Below, piece by piece: positions 9,818 through 19,819 of a DNA stretch of 64,000 nucleotides (position 1 is the stretch's first letter; every line of letters begins with the position of its first letter). The translations under genes and the position numbers were made by a program. The notes under the pieces were generated by a model that made no database searches, was not told the DNA's origin, and saw only the letters and a list, made by a program, of their open reading frames with translations. The DNA comes from a virus (lineage: Duplodnaviria; Caudoviricetes): positions 32,001 to 96,000 of IMG/VR virus record IMGVR_UViG_3300011008_000012. The stretch is one strand, 5' to 3'.

Positions 9818-10804
9818 ATGTACAATGAAGAACAAAAGCGCCGCTATATCTCGGAACAGATAGAGAACTCAAAACGTGCGCGCACATGCGAACAGGTTTT
9901 TGAGGCGCTGGCTCCATATGAGGAAGAATGGGGAGCCGATTTTTCAACAAGGTCACCGGAAGAATTGCGTCCCATATTCGAGCAGATCGCAGGACTTCGC
10001 GAGCGAGTTCGGATGAATTACATGATCATTATCAGGAACTATATCAAGTGGCTGATCGGTCAAGGGGACAACACAGTTCAGAGGGGTATCTTGTCTATTG
10101 ATACGCTCGGCCTCGGCAATATCAGGAATATGACCGTAAAGAACCCGGTACATCTGCAACAATGTCTGAACGAAATTTTTGAGCCGGAAACAGAGCAGAT
10201 GGTAAGCAATATCCATCGCTGCTTCTACTGGCTTGCGTATGCCGGACTCAGAGAACAGGATATACTGAGCGTGAAATGCTCCGATGTTGATCTGGATCAC
10301 TTAACCGTCACATTTGGCGGCGAGACATATCGCATCTACGAAGAGGGACTCCTTGCTTTTAGAAATGCGGCAACACTGCCGACATTCGTTTATAAGAACA
10401 GTAATTACACGGCAGATAAGAAGATTATCACGCGCATCAGAGCTCAAGGCGATACGTTGATTCGCGGTTTTACATCAAAACCGACAAGCAAAGGTATAAG
10501 AGGCGAGCTTTCGCATCGCACCAAGGACGCGATAGACAGTGGGCGGACAAAAATGAAGCTCAGCCATCATCGCGTACAAATATCCGGGATTTTCTACCGT
10601 ATGTATGAACGGGAAGTTCGAGGATTACCGGTAGACTTCTCGGAAGACGCCGCGAGATTTATGGAACACAGCGTCGAGCGGCGAAAAGGCGAGTCGTATA
10701 AACTGGACAGCGGAAGAAACACGATTGAGGCAAAACAACGTCAGATCGAACGAGACTACATGCGGGATTATGAACGCTGGAAAGTAGCATGGGTGATCCT
10801 TTAA
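9818..10804 (+). CDS. Degenerate tyrosine-recombinase-fold protein, SPbeta MrpR/YopR-like repressor
   Basis: MYNEEQKRRYI start and LAYAGLR..DIL core, but RVQISG replaces HxLR and no H/Y catalytic box is visible. Confidence 0.65.
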   Translation: MYNEEQKRRYISEQIENSKRARTCEQVFEALAPYEEEWGADFSTRSPEELRPIFEQIAGLRERVRMNYMIIIRNYIKWLIGQGDNTVQRGILSIDTLGLGNIRNMTVKNPVHLQQCLNEIFEPETEQMVSNIHRCFYWLAYAGLREQDILSVKCSDVDLDHLTVTFGGETYRIYEEGLLAFRNAATLPTFVYKNSNYTADKKIITRIRAQGDTLIRGFTSKPTSKGIRGELSHRTKDAIDSGRTKMKLSHHRVQISGIFYRMYEREVRGLPVDFSEDAARFMEHSVERRKGESYKLDSGRNTIEAKQRQIERDYMRDYERWKVAWVIL

Positions 10805-10820
10805 TAACGAGTGAACGAAA

Positions 10821-10847
10821 CACCCGCTTCGGCGGGTGCTTTTCTTT
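10821..10847 (+). terminator. Rho-independent terminator
   Basis: CACCCGC-ttcg-GCGGGTG followed by a T-rich tail. Confidence 0.85.
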
Positions 10848-10972
10848 ACATATATCAAAACAATAAAATTATCTGCATCAAAAACGCAGAACGGAAAGGA
10901 AGGTGCTCCATGAAGAATGTAGCTGGTTAGCATGGCGATCAGATAACAAATTTCTTGTATTGGAGGAATTGA

Positions 10973-11650
10973 ATGGCAGAAACGCTGAACATCTATCAGA
11001 AATTGGCAAAGGTCCGCAAGGCCGTCGAGGTCGTGCAGAAGAATGCCAGCGGTTATGGGTACAAATACGTCACAGATGACGAGTTACTTGCTCGCATCAC
11101 GGGCGTTATGGATAAGCATGGGCTCTCGCTTATCCCAAGTATCGTGCCGAACACATTCACAGTAGAGCCTTATACATATACGAAGATCAAAAAGGGCGAA
11201 GAAGAGATCGTCAATGAGATCCTCGTCAACGCAGACATGGAATTTGTCTGGATCAATAACGACGCGCCGAATGAGGTGATTCGTGTGCCGTGGGCGCTTA
11301 CCGGTCAGCAGAGCGATGCGTCGCAGAGCTTTGGTTCCGGTCTGACGTATGCCTATCGCTACTTCCTTCTGAAATACTTCGGGGTCGCCACTCCGAACGA
11401 TGATCCTGACAACTGGCGAAACAAGCAGCGCGAGGCGGAAGCCGCGGAAGATCGTGCGCTTGCAGAGCAGATCGTCAATATCATCGATAAAGAATTCAAG
11501 GATTATATCTCGAACGGTGGTTCCACCGAAGAGATCCGCGACTTTGCAAGTAAGTATGTGAAGGGCGGAAATTACTTCAACATCAAAGAGTCTGCGGTAG
11601 CGGCAAAGATGCTTGAAGATTTCAAGAATACTTTTAAGAAGGAGGCGTGA
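10973..11650 (+). CDS. ERF-family ssDNA annealing protein
   Basis: GYGYKYV and SQSFGSGLTYAYRYFLLKYFGVATPNDDPD motifs. Confidence 0.85.
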   Translation: MAETLNIYQKLAKVRKAVEVVQKNASGYGYKYVTDDELLARITGVMDKHGLSLIPSIVPNTFTVEPYTYTKIKKGEEEIVNEILVNADMEFVWINNDAPNEVIRVPWALTGQQSDASQSFGSGLTYAYRYFLLKYFGVATPNDDPDNWRNKQREAEAAEDRALAEQIVNIIDKEFKDYISNGGSTEEIRDFASKYVKGGNYFNIKESAVAAKMLEDFKNTFKKEA

Positions 11651-11653
11651 GAG

Positions 11654-12037
11654 ATGGGTTTTCGTACTGGAGCCTACTGCAAAATCTGGGAAATCAAGCC
11701 GATCTCCAACTCGATGACGAAAATCCGTATTTCCATCAGCCGTAAGAAACGCGGCGAGGACGAATACGTCCAGGATTTCAGCGGATATGTAGCGTGCATC
11801 GGAACGGCGGCCGCCGATAAGGCGTCGCGTTTGAGCGTCGGAGATACGATCAAGCTCGGTGATGTGGATGTTTCCACTACATACGACAAGGAGAAGAAGG
11901 TCACCTATACTGACTTCAAGGTTTTTTCGTTTGATGTCAGTGATCGGGATGCGAAAGGCTCAAACAACGGATCTGCCGGTGGCGTAGATGATGGAGAGCC
12001 GGAAGCGTCTGGCTCTGATAGCCGTCTGCCGTTCTGA
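11654..12037 (+). CDS. ssb: Single-stranded DNA-binding protein
   Basis: OB-fold-sized, acidic tail ending LPF, adjacent to ERF. Confidence 0.75.
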   Translation: MGFRTGAYCKIWEIKPISNSMTKIRISISRKKRGEDEYVQDFSGYVACIGTAAADKASRLSVGDTIKLGDVDVSTTYDKEKKVTYTDFKVFSFDVSDRDAKGSNNGSAGGVDDGEPEASGSDSRLPF

Positions 12038-12048
12038 GGCGTCGTTAA

Positions 12049-12870
12049 ATGACGGCTATCGATTATAAGCCGCTCATTCAGGACATGGTATGGAGCTACT
12101 CAAGGCTGGAAGCGTTTGAGGATTGCCCATATAGATGGTTTCTGCATTATCTTCTGAACTTCCAAGACGAGGATAAGTTCTACGCGAGCTTCGGTTCGTT
12201 CATGCACCATTTGCTCGAACAGTTTTATACCGGCAAAAAAGATCGGTCTGAGCTTGTCATGGAGTTTATCGCGGATTTTCAGGAGAAGGTCGTTGGGAAA
12301 AGACCGTCAGAAAAAATCCTGTCCAAATACATTCAGAACGGAGTCAATTACCTACAGGCATTTGACCCGCTTCCGTTCAATGTGATCGATATTGAGAAAA
12401 GGGTCCGGTTTTCCATCCAAAGAGATGGGGAACCGGATATACAGATGATCGGTATTATTGATTATCTTGGAGAGAAGGACGACGAATTGTATATCGTCGA
12501 TCATAAATCCAGGAAATTGAGTCCGAGGAGCAATCGGGCAAAGCCGACACTGAAGGACAAAGAACTAGATAAGATGCTCAGGCAGCTCTATGTCTATTCG
12601 ATCGCCGTTGAACAGAATTACGGGAAATTGCCGAATTACTTATGCTTCAACTGCTTCCGGTCAAATGAGCTTATCGTTGAGCCATTCAAGCAGGAAGCAT
12701 ACGAGGAGGCGAAACAATGGGTAATTGACACGGTAAAAAAGATCGAGAACACAGCGGAGTTCCCTCCGAAGCAGGATCTATTCTCATGCTTTTGGATATG
12801 CGGCGTCAATCGTCATTGCAAATATGACATTGAAAGTATGAATGAGAGGAGGAATGTCCGTGGACTATGA
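12049..12870 (+). CDS. PD-(D/E)XK Cas4/RecB-like exonuclease
   Basis: WSYSRL..CPY, G...H, GIID, VDHKS, QLYVY and C-terminal C..IC.....C. Confidence 0.85.
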   Translation: MTAIDYKPLIQDMVWSYSRLEAFEDCPYRWFLHYLLNFQDEDKFYASFGSFMHHLLEQFYTGKKDRSELVMEFIADFQEKVVGKRPSEKILSKYIQNGVNYLQAFDPLPFNVIDIEKRVRFSIQRDGEPDIQMIGIIDYLGEKDDELYIVDHKSRKLSPRSNRAKPTLKDKELDKMLRQLYVYSIAVEQNYGKLPNYLCFNCFRSNELIVEPFKQEAYEEAKQWVIDTVKKIENTAEFPPKQDLFSCFWICGVNRHCKYDIESMNERRNVRGL

Positions 12871-14195
12871 GAATTGATGATATCAACAGCATAGACAGCG
12901 AGAGCGGTATCATTGCGTCTCTCATACATAACCCGGAGCTGTCGTTCTACTCTGAGCAGCTCCTGCCTGAACACTTTACGCGCAAAGACAACAGGTATGT
13001 TTATACTGCGATCTGCAATCTTGCGAAGCGCGGAATATCAACGGTAGATCCTTACAACATCATCGAGGTTTTGAACACCGAGGAATCCACACGGCAATTT
13101 GCAAGCGAACTATCCATTGATATGCTGCAGGAGCTCATAAGTATGAGCGATGTGCTCGCCAGAAGGACTCCGGAAGAGTATAAAATCCTGGTTTCAAACG
13201 TGATTGATGCGGCATTTCGCAGGGAAATGTACCAAAAACTGTCCGATTGCCAGCGTTTGTGTTGTGATCGGAACGCAGAAAACATCCAGGAACAGGTGTA
13301 CGCGACGATCGACGAGATCCTCACAAGTTATTCGACCGTCGATGACATTCTTCCATATTCAGATGTTGTGGATCAGTGCTGGAAAGAAATCCAGTCAAGA
13401 CAGGGGACAGGGTTTGCCGGTATCCCTTTCAAATTCCCAACGCTGAATGAGTATGTAACGATCGAAGACGGAGAACTTGTGATATTCGCGGCGGAAGCGA
13501 AGCAGGGAAAGTCAATGCTCCTCCTGAATTGTGCGGTCGATCTTCTAAAACAGGACAAAGCAGTTTTGTATTTAGACAGCGAATTGAGCGATATGCTTTT
13601 CACAAAAAGGATTTTGGCGCATCTGTCAGGCGTGGAGTATAAGCGTTTGGAAATCGGAGCGTATGACGTAAATGAGGCGGCAAAGATCGACACGGCGCGT
13701 GAGTGGCTGAAAACACGGAAATTTACGCATTTGTATATTCCGATGTTCGACCAGCAGACGATCTACACAACCGTCAAAAAGGTTGCGCATACGCAAGGGA
13801 TCGACGTTCTGATCGTTGACTATTTCAAGGGGCAGGGTACAACCGATGCGTTCGCAAGCTATGCAGAACTAGGAGCATTTACAGACTGTATTAAGAACAA
13901 AATCTGTGGCGACATGAAAATTGCTGGAATTGGTGCTGCGCAAGCGACATCAACCGGTAAATTGGCCGATTCCGTCAAGATTGTCAGGAATGCAAGTACA
14001 ATTTGCATGATAACGGACAAGACAGAAGAGGAAATCGAAGCGGACGGACCGGAATGTGGCAACAAAAAGCTCCGTGTTGTATTCAATCGAAACGGGATGC
14101 AGCATACGTCGTCTGAGTATATAGATATGTTGTTCGACGGGAATCACATCTTATACAAAGAGGCAAAACAGCATATCCCTGTCAGCCCATATTAA
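12867..14195 (+). CDS. DnaB-like replicative helicase
   Basis: AAEAKQGKS Walker A, LDSE, LIVDY, AAQ and NRNG motifs. Confidence 0.88.
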   Translation: MRIDDINSIDSESGIIASLIHNPELSFYSEQLLPEHFTRKDNRYVYTAICNLAKRGISTVDPYNIIEVLNTEESTRQFASELSIDMLQELISMSDVLARRTPEEYKILVSNVIDAAFRREMYQKLSDCQRLCCDRNAENIQEQVYATIDEILTSYSTVDDILPYSDVVDQCWKEIQSRQGTGFAGIPFKFPTLNEYVTIEDGELVIFAAEAKQGKSMLLLNCAVDLLKQDKAVLYLDSELSDMLFTKRILAHLSGVEYKRLEIGAYDVNEAAKIDTAREWLKTRKFTHLYIPMFDQQTIYTTVKKVAHTQGIDVLIVDYFKGQGTTDAFASYAELGAFTDCIKNKICGDMKIAGIGAAQATSTGKLADSVKIVRNASTICMITDKTEEEIEADGPECGNKKLRVVFNRNGMQHTSSEYIDMLFDGNHILYKEAKQHIPVSPY

Positions 14196-14201
14196 AACAG
14201 T

Positions 14202-15191
14202 ATGGATCTATCAGAGCTTTTATCGAAAATCGATATTATCGAATACATATCACAGTATGTGGAACTCGAACAGCGAGGGGATGAATGGTGGGGAATCTCG
14301 CCATTCACCTACCCGCCGGAAAAAACACCATCGTTTTCTGTAAGACAGTCTGAAGGTACGTTTTACGATTTCTCATCAGGCATAGGCGGTAACCTATACA
14401 CCTTTATACGCTTTTACGATAAGTGCTCACGCCGTGATGCGCTGGAAAAGATCAAGTCTTATGCCGGGTTTGATGGGAAAATCATGCGTCCATCAGAAAA
14501 AATGTCGGCAACGATGACCTGCAAGAAGTTTTCACCGCCCATTTCGCGGGAAAGACAGTCAAAAGCGGCTGTGTTGCCAGACAACTATATGGAGCGGTAC
14601 GAGAATAAGCCAGAGAAGCTCAAGGTCTGGGAAGACGAGGGCATTTCACTGGATGTCATGGAGCGTTTTCAGGTCAGATACGATAGCTTCTCTGATCGGA
14701 TCGTGTATCCAATACGCAATCCGGAAGGGAAAATCGTCAATGTGGGCGGTCGTGCTCTTGATCCGGAGTGGAAGGAGAAGGGGCAGCGTAAGTACTGCTA
14801 CTTTTTCCCATGGGGAACGATGCAGACAATCTACGGGTATGCAGAGAATCTAAAGAGCATCAAAGAAAAGCACGAGATCATCCTTTTCGAGGGGTGTAAA
14901 AGCGTGTTAAAGGCTTCATCGTGGGGAATAGAAAACTGTGGCGCGATACTCACAAGCCATGTCAATCCGTTTCAGATGAAGCTGCTTGCCAAACTCGGGT
15001 GCGACGTGGTTTTTGCCTTGGATAAAGACGTGCGAATCTTTGACGATCATAATATAGAGAAGCTGAGACGTTATGTGAACGTCTCGTTTTTGTTTGATCA
15101 GAGAAATTTGCTCAATGAGAAGGATAGCCCAGTCGATCAAGGTAAGGAAGTGTTCATGGATCTATACGAAAAAAGGTGTGTTTACAAATGA
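14202..15191 (+). CDS. DnaG-like primase
   Basis: EKTPSF zinc-finger-like domain, GGR, TOPRIM FEG and ALDKD. Confidence 0.88.
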   Translation: MDLSELLSKIDIIEYISQYVELEQRGDEWWGISPFTYPPEKTPSFSVRQSEGTFYDFSSGIGGNLYTFIRFYDKCSRRDALEKIKSYAGFDGKIMRPSEKMSATMTCKKFSPPISRERQSKAAVLPDNYMERYENKPEKLKVWEDEGISLDVMERFQVRYDSFSDRIVYPIRNPEGKIVNVGGRALDPEWKEKGQRKYCYFFPWGTMQTIYGYAENLKSIKEKHEIILFEGCKSVLKASSWGIENCGAILTSHVNPFQMKLLAKLGCDVVFALDKDVRIFDDHNIEKLRRYVNVSFLFDQRNLLNEKDSPVDQGKEVFMDLYEKRCVYK

Positions 15192-15228
15192 ATACGGAAA
15201 ATGAACAGATTCCGAAGAGGGACGAAGT

Positions 15229-15839
15229 ATAAGCAGAATCATTTTAGACTTATGCGGAGGTACTGGCAGTTGGAGCAGGCCGTATGCGGAAGCTGGTTAT
15301 GATGTCAGGATTATAACACTTCCAGAATATGATGTGCGTACTTACGCCCCCCCCGCGAGGTTTATGGTATTTTAGCGGCTCCGCCATGCACCGAGTTCTC
15401 TGTTCTAAATTGTGTAGCAGCTCCGAGAGAGCGTGACGAAGAAGCAGGAATGGAGATCGTTAATGCCTGCCTGCGGATCATCCGTGAATGTAATCCAGTA
15501 TGGTGGGCAATGGAGAACCCAAGAGGCTATCTACGCAAATATATGGGCGCTCCGAAATTGACGTTCCAGCCATGGTGGTATGGCGATCCGTGGACAAAAG
15601 CGACGGATATTTGGGGAAATTTCAACATACCGGAGCGGGTATACGAGAACTGGGAAGACGTTCCAAAACTCCCGTTGTACACCCGAAAGGGTAGAGAGAA
15701 GCCAAACTTCGCATTTTTACATAAATCTGCGAGGGAAAACATCCCGCAGTTATCATTCCATAAACCAGCAACAGACGCGGAGCTGAGGGCGATGACGCCT
15801 CCTGGCTTCGCGCAAGCATTTTTCAGAGCAAATCAGTAA
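15229..15839 (+). pseudogene. C5 DNA-cytosine methyltransferase, frameshifted at a C8 run
   Basis: ILDLCGGTGSWS motif I lies in one frame and AAPPCTEFS / MENPRG in another; the frame switches at C8 (15347-15354); only an ATA start is available. Confidence 0.8.
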
Positions 15840-16276
15840 CACATAGATTTTATTCACAAGAAAGTGAGGATAAAGCCAAAATCATGGCTAAATCACAGCC
15901 AAAATTCACCAGCGAAGACCTCTATGAGATGCAGAGCTGGCCTTTATGGCGAAAAATTCAGGTCACAACGAGCAGAATCATTGAGTTTGCAAACAAATTT
16001 GATGATAAAATCTATGTTTCCTTCAGCGGTGGCAAAGATAGCACAGTCCTGCTTGATATTGTCAGGAAAGTGTATCCGGATTGCCCCGCTGTATTCATAG
16101 ATACAGGTCTTGAGTATCCGGAAGTCAGGGAATTTGCGCGTTCTATGTATATGTCAATCGAAAATTAGGTCAAGCGCTCATCGAAAACTAGGTCACTCAA
16201 GGGCGGGAGAAGCGCCCGCAATATAGGTGCGAGCGCGTACTCCTGGTGAGGACTGCGTTTCCGCGGCCATCGAAAA

Positions 16277-16624
16277 TTAGGTCAGATGTCCATCCAAAAC
16301 TAGGTCAGCCGGTCTCGGTAGGGCTTCCAGTTCCCATAGGCTTTGCTCAAAGGCATGCGCCTCCTCAGAGTGATCTCGGCTCAGTTCAAGGCGTTCTTCC
16401 TCGGTCATAGCTTCGTATTCCTCCAAGCGGTCGTTGTCCATCCGGATAGCGGTAACGAGATCTGCCGGCCAGCCGGCTTCATTGTAGTAGAACCAAGGAT
16501 TATCGTAGATATCTACTCCGTGGTGGACCCAGTACCATACGTCGGCGCGTTCAGATTTGGCGGCGTTCATTTCCGTAAGATATTTCTGCACTTCGCGGCG
16601 CAGCTCAGAATCAAGCTTTGGCAT
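16277..16624 (-). CDS. IS passenger hypothetical protein
   Basis: 115-aa ORF overlapping the istB end, GGAGG RBS. Confidence 0.6.
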   Translation of the reverse strand: MPKLDSELRREVQKYLTEMNAAKSERADVWYWVHHGVDIYDNPWFYYNEAGWPADLVTAIRMDNDRLEEYEAMTEEERLELSRDHSEEAHAFEQSLWELEALPRPADLVLDGHLT

Positions 16625-17399
16625 CGTTCTTACCCTCCATCAGTCGTTCAAAAGAAGCTCCATTGGCACGGAGGGTCTCGCGGAAACGATATGAGTCGCC
16701 CTCCATATCTACCAGGATGGCTTTGTAGGTGAGTCTGTCCACAATGGCGCTGGTAATGGCAGCGTCGCCAAATATCTCGTCCCAGCGCTCAAAGGTCAGG
16801 TTGGATGTAATAATCGTGGATTTCTGGGTGGCGCGCAGAGAGAGGTTTGTAAACAGGAGGTCTGCGCCCTCTCGGTCAAAGGAGACATAGCCCATCTCAT
16901 CGGCTATGACCAAATCATACTTTTCAAACCGTTTCTCAAACGCCTTGAGCGTTTTTGCATTCACATTTTCCTTCAGTTCTGTTACCAAATATGGAACAGT
17001 GGTGAACAGAACGCGGAAGCCTTGCTCGCAAGCTCGAATACCGAGGCCAATGGCCACATGTGTTTTTCCAGTGCCGGGATTGCCGGTGAGAATGAGATTT
17101 TGGCCGTTGCGGATGAAGTCCAATCCAGCGAGCTCCGGCAGCCGCTTGCGCATATCCCTTGGCAAGCATTCCAATTCAAGGTCTTCCAGATATTTTTTGT
17201 ACGGAAAGTGGGCACGTCGGATTCGGGACTGTTTCATCCGTTCCTCGGCTTCCTGCAGTTCCTGAGATAATATTCGGTACAGAAAATCCTCGTAGTCCGC
17301 AGCTTCCTGCTCCATGGTCTCAAAGCTCTTCGCGATACCGTTCAGCCGCAGGATCTTGCACAGTTCCTTTATGTCGGCGTTCGTCTTGGCGCTCGTCAT
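16611..17399 (-). CDS. istB: IS21 helper ATPase IstB
   Basis: GNPGTGKT, DEMGY, TSNL and DRL motifs. Confidence 0.95.
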   Translation of the reverse strand: MTSAKTNADIKELCKILRLNGIAKSFETMEQEAADYEDFLYRILSQELQEAEERMKQSRIRRAHFPYKKYLEDLELECLPRDMRKRLPELAGLDFIRNGQNLILTGNPGTGKTHVAIGLGIRACEQGFRVLFTTVPYLVTELKENVNAKTLKAFEKRFEKYDLVIADEMGYVSFDREGADLLFTNLSLRATQKSTIITSNLTFERWDEIFGDAAITSAIVDRLTYKAILVDMEGDSYRFRETLRANGASFERLMEGKNDAKA

Positions 17400-18967
17400 A
17401 CAGCGACACTCCCTTCCATCTGCAGTTGTCTGAGCAGATCATATTGAGAGAGCGTGCTTTTTGCTTTTTCACTGAGATGGTCAGAACCCGGCTGCTGAGG
17501 CACCTTACGCAGTGTGTTCTCGCATACGACGCGGATCTTTTGGGCGCTCATATCCTTCGGCGACAGACGCTCCATACGTTTAAGCGCCTGCTGTACAGTA
17601 TCCGCGCCTAGCTCGTATATGACCTCCAGAACTTCGAGGAAGGTACGAGCATCCTGTGTGTAATAAGTGTCGTAAATCTGCTTTACAACAGAGTCGGACT
17701 GCAGCAGTGCCGTGCTGCCGGGCAGAGCGCCGGGCTTGCGTTTCAGGGTTCGGAGATAGTGATAGATGTCAATCGTCCAGTCATGAGGGCGGAAACTCCG
17801 GCTGTGAGTCGCCACGATCCGGTTTTCGTAGTAAACAACGAGCTTGCTCGTGTAAAGACGTACCTGCACACGCTTTCCCACAAGCGTGTCCGGCACAGAG
17901 TAATGATTACCGGCAACCATGACTGTAGAGTACTTGTCCACGCTGTTTTCCGTCCGGATACAGCACTCGAACCTCGGCATGGCCGGCAGTAGACAGCGCT
18001 GTTCTTCTTCAAAGAGTTCTGCCGGAACCTGGCCGTTGGATGCCGTTTCCCGGTTCAGCCTGACACATACGCCAAACAGATACCGGTTGGCAGACTCCAG
18101 AGATTCAAAAATGTCACAGCCGGGTGCACTGAAAGCTTTGTGGCGAACCACATCCACACTGCGCTCCACATGCCCCTTCTCGTTCCCGCGGCGTACATTG
18201 CAGAACCGAAACTGGAAGCCATAATACAGAGACAACTCCAGCAGCGCGTTCGTGGGTTCCTTTTCTGTCGGGCCAACAAATTTCCGCACGGCGACCTTCA
18301 TGTTGTCATAGACCATGGTGTGAAATGCTCCATGACAGAAGGAAAAGAAGGTCGTATGGGATTCCTGGAATGCTGCCGTATCCTGTGAACAGTAGAGAAC
18401 GGCAAATCGCTCCCCGCTATATGCTGCTGTGAATACGGCCATCTGGTATCTCTTGAAGCCGCTGTTCGCTATATCCAGCTTGACCTCGCCCCAGTCGAAC
18501 TCACAGGTTTCACCGGGCTGATATTCCTGCCGGATATACGCCTCTTCATGACGGGCTTCCAGTCTGTTCACCAGCCGTTTTACCGTGGAATAGCTTACAG
18601 AAAAGCCTTCCCGAACCAGGTATTCGTGGATGTCCTTCTTCCTCATCGCCTGTTTCCGCATCCCGGACACTCGCTTCACAGCGTTGAGCTGTAGGCACTG
18701 CTCCACGGCGGCTTCCATCTCCGGCGTTACGATGACCGGGGTGCGGTTACTGGCGTCGTATTTCGGTTCTTCTACGAAGGTCTGGAGAATCTCTTCTGGA
18801 TCTGCATCCGGATCCCGAGTCAGCAATTCTGCCCGCTGTGCATCGTACTCCTTCACATACTTGTTCACGGTGTCCTTGCTGATGTGCATCTTCGATGCAA
18901 TCTGCCGGTTGCTCACCCCGGCCAGGTGGCTCATGATGATTTGCTGCTTTCTGGTCAATGTGATCAC
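17396..18967 (-). CDS. istA: IS21 DDE transposase IstA
   Basis: N-terminal HTH; EFDWG, YDNMK, EKGHVE and YSVP motifs. Confidence 0.95.
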   Translation of the reverse strand: MITLTRKQQIIMSHLAGVSNRQIASKMHISKDTVNKYVKEYDAQRAELLTRDPDADPEEILQTFVEEPKYDASNRTPVIVTPEMEAAVEQCLQLNAVKRVSGMRKQAMRKKDIHEYLVREGFSVSYSTVKRLVNRLEARHEEAYIRQEYQPGETCEFDWGEVKLDIANSGFKRYQMAVFTAAYSGERFAVLYCSQDTAAFQESHTTFFSFCHGAFHTMVYDNMKVAVRKFVGPTEKEPTNALLELSLYYGFQFRFCNVRRGNEKGHVERSVDVVRHKAFSAPGCDIFESLESANRYLFGVCVRLNRETASNGQVPAELFEEEQRCLLPAMPRFECCIRTENSVDKYSTVMVAGNHYSVPDTLVGKRVQVRLYTSKLVVYYENRIVATHSRSFRPHDWTIDIYHYLRTLKRKPGALPGSTALLQSDSVVKQIYDTYYTQDARTFLEVLEVIYELGADTVQQALKRMERLSPKDMSAQKIRVVCENTLRKVPQQPGSDHLSEKAKSTLSQYDLLRQLQMEGSVAV

Positions 18968-19819
18968 ATCCCTTTCCGCCTCCTTACTGCTTGATACAGC
19001 AAGGATAGCATACTTCTTGGATGTGACCTACTTTTCAATGAGCCAGCTGACCTATTTTTAGATTACCATAAACATTCTACGGAAAACGTCATCGTAGTCA
19101 GACCTGAAATGAACTTTCGCAAAGTCATAGAGCGATGGGGTTATCCTCTGATAAGCAAAGAGGTCGCGTTTATGATCTACACGGCGCGGAATAGTCCTGA
19201 CGGAAAGATAGCTCAGCGTTTTGAGCCTGATAACGAGCATGATCTAAAGTACAACGGGCATTTTTCTGTTGCGAAATGGAAATGGCTCAAGGACAGCGAC
19301 ATTCCCATCAGCAATTATTGCTGCAAGGTCATGAAAAAGCGCCCCGCAAAGAAGTTTGAGAAAGAATCTGGGCTACATCCGATCACAGCAATGATGGCTT
19401 GTGAAAGTAGTCTGCGCCGTAATTCCTGGACGCAAAACGGATGCAACATTTTTGATGGTGAGCGGCCAATCTCTAATCCGATGTCGTTCTGGACAGAGCA
19501 GGATGTGCTGGAATATCTCGATACATACAACATTCCATACGCATCTGTATATGGATCGATCGTGAAAAACAGTAAGGGGAAATTCAGGACAACCGGCTGT
19601 GATCGAACAGGATGCGTGTTTTGCGGTTTTGCATGTCACAGAGATAAAGAACCGAACAGATTTCAGAGGTTAAAACAAACACATCCACAGTTGTGGGACT
19701 ACTGTATGCGCCCATGGGATCAGGGAGGTCTCGGAATGAGAGAGGTCATGGACTTCATTGGTGTAAAGGTGGAGTAAATGACATCGCTAGTTTAATCAGA
19801 ACAGAAAGGTGGTGGTTGG

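Larger units (their letters stand above)
16146..19074 (-). mobile_element. IS21-family insertion sequence (2929 bp)
   Basis: TG...CA ends, 22/27 terminal inverted repeat, 5-bp TTCTA target duplication, repeated ATCGAAAA(T/C)TAGGTCA motifs, istA/istB. Confidence 0.93.
15884..19777 (+). pseudogene. PAPS-reductase-family protein interrupted by IS21 (join 15884-16145 + 19080-19777, 319 aa)
   Basis: SFSGGKDS and DTGLEYPE upstream; CCKVMKK and RTGCVFC downstream; removing the IS plus one TTCTA gives in-frame EFARSTENVIVVRPEMNF. Confidence 0.88.

Noticed and set aside
16157-16306. Four 16-bp direct repeats as a mini-CRISPR
   Set aside because: They match the IS21 terminal motif also present at the other end
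7794-19777. Complete Dnd/Ssp phosphorothioation system
   Set aside because: Only IscS and a disrupted PAPS-reductase-like gene, 7 kb apart; other components are not seen
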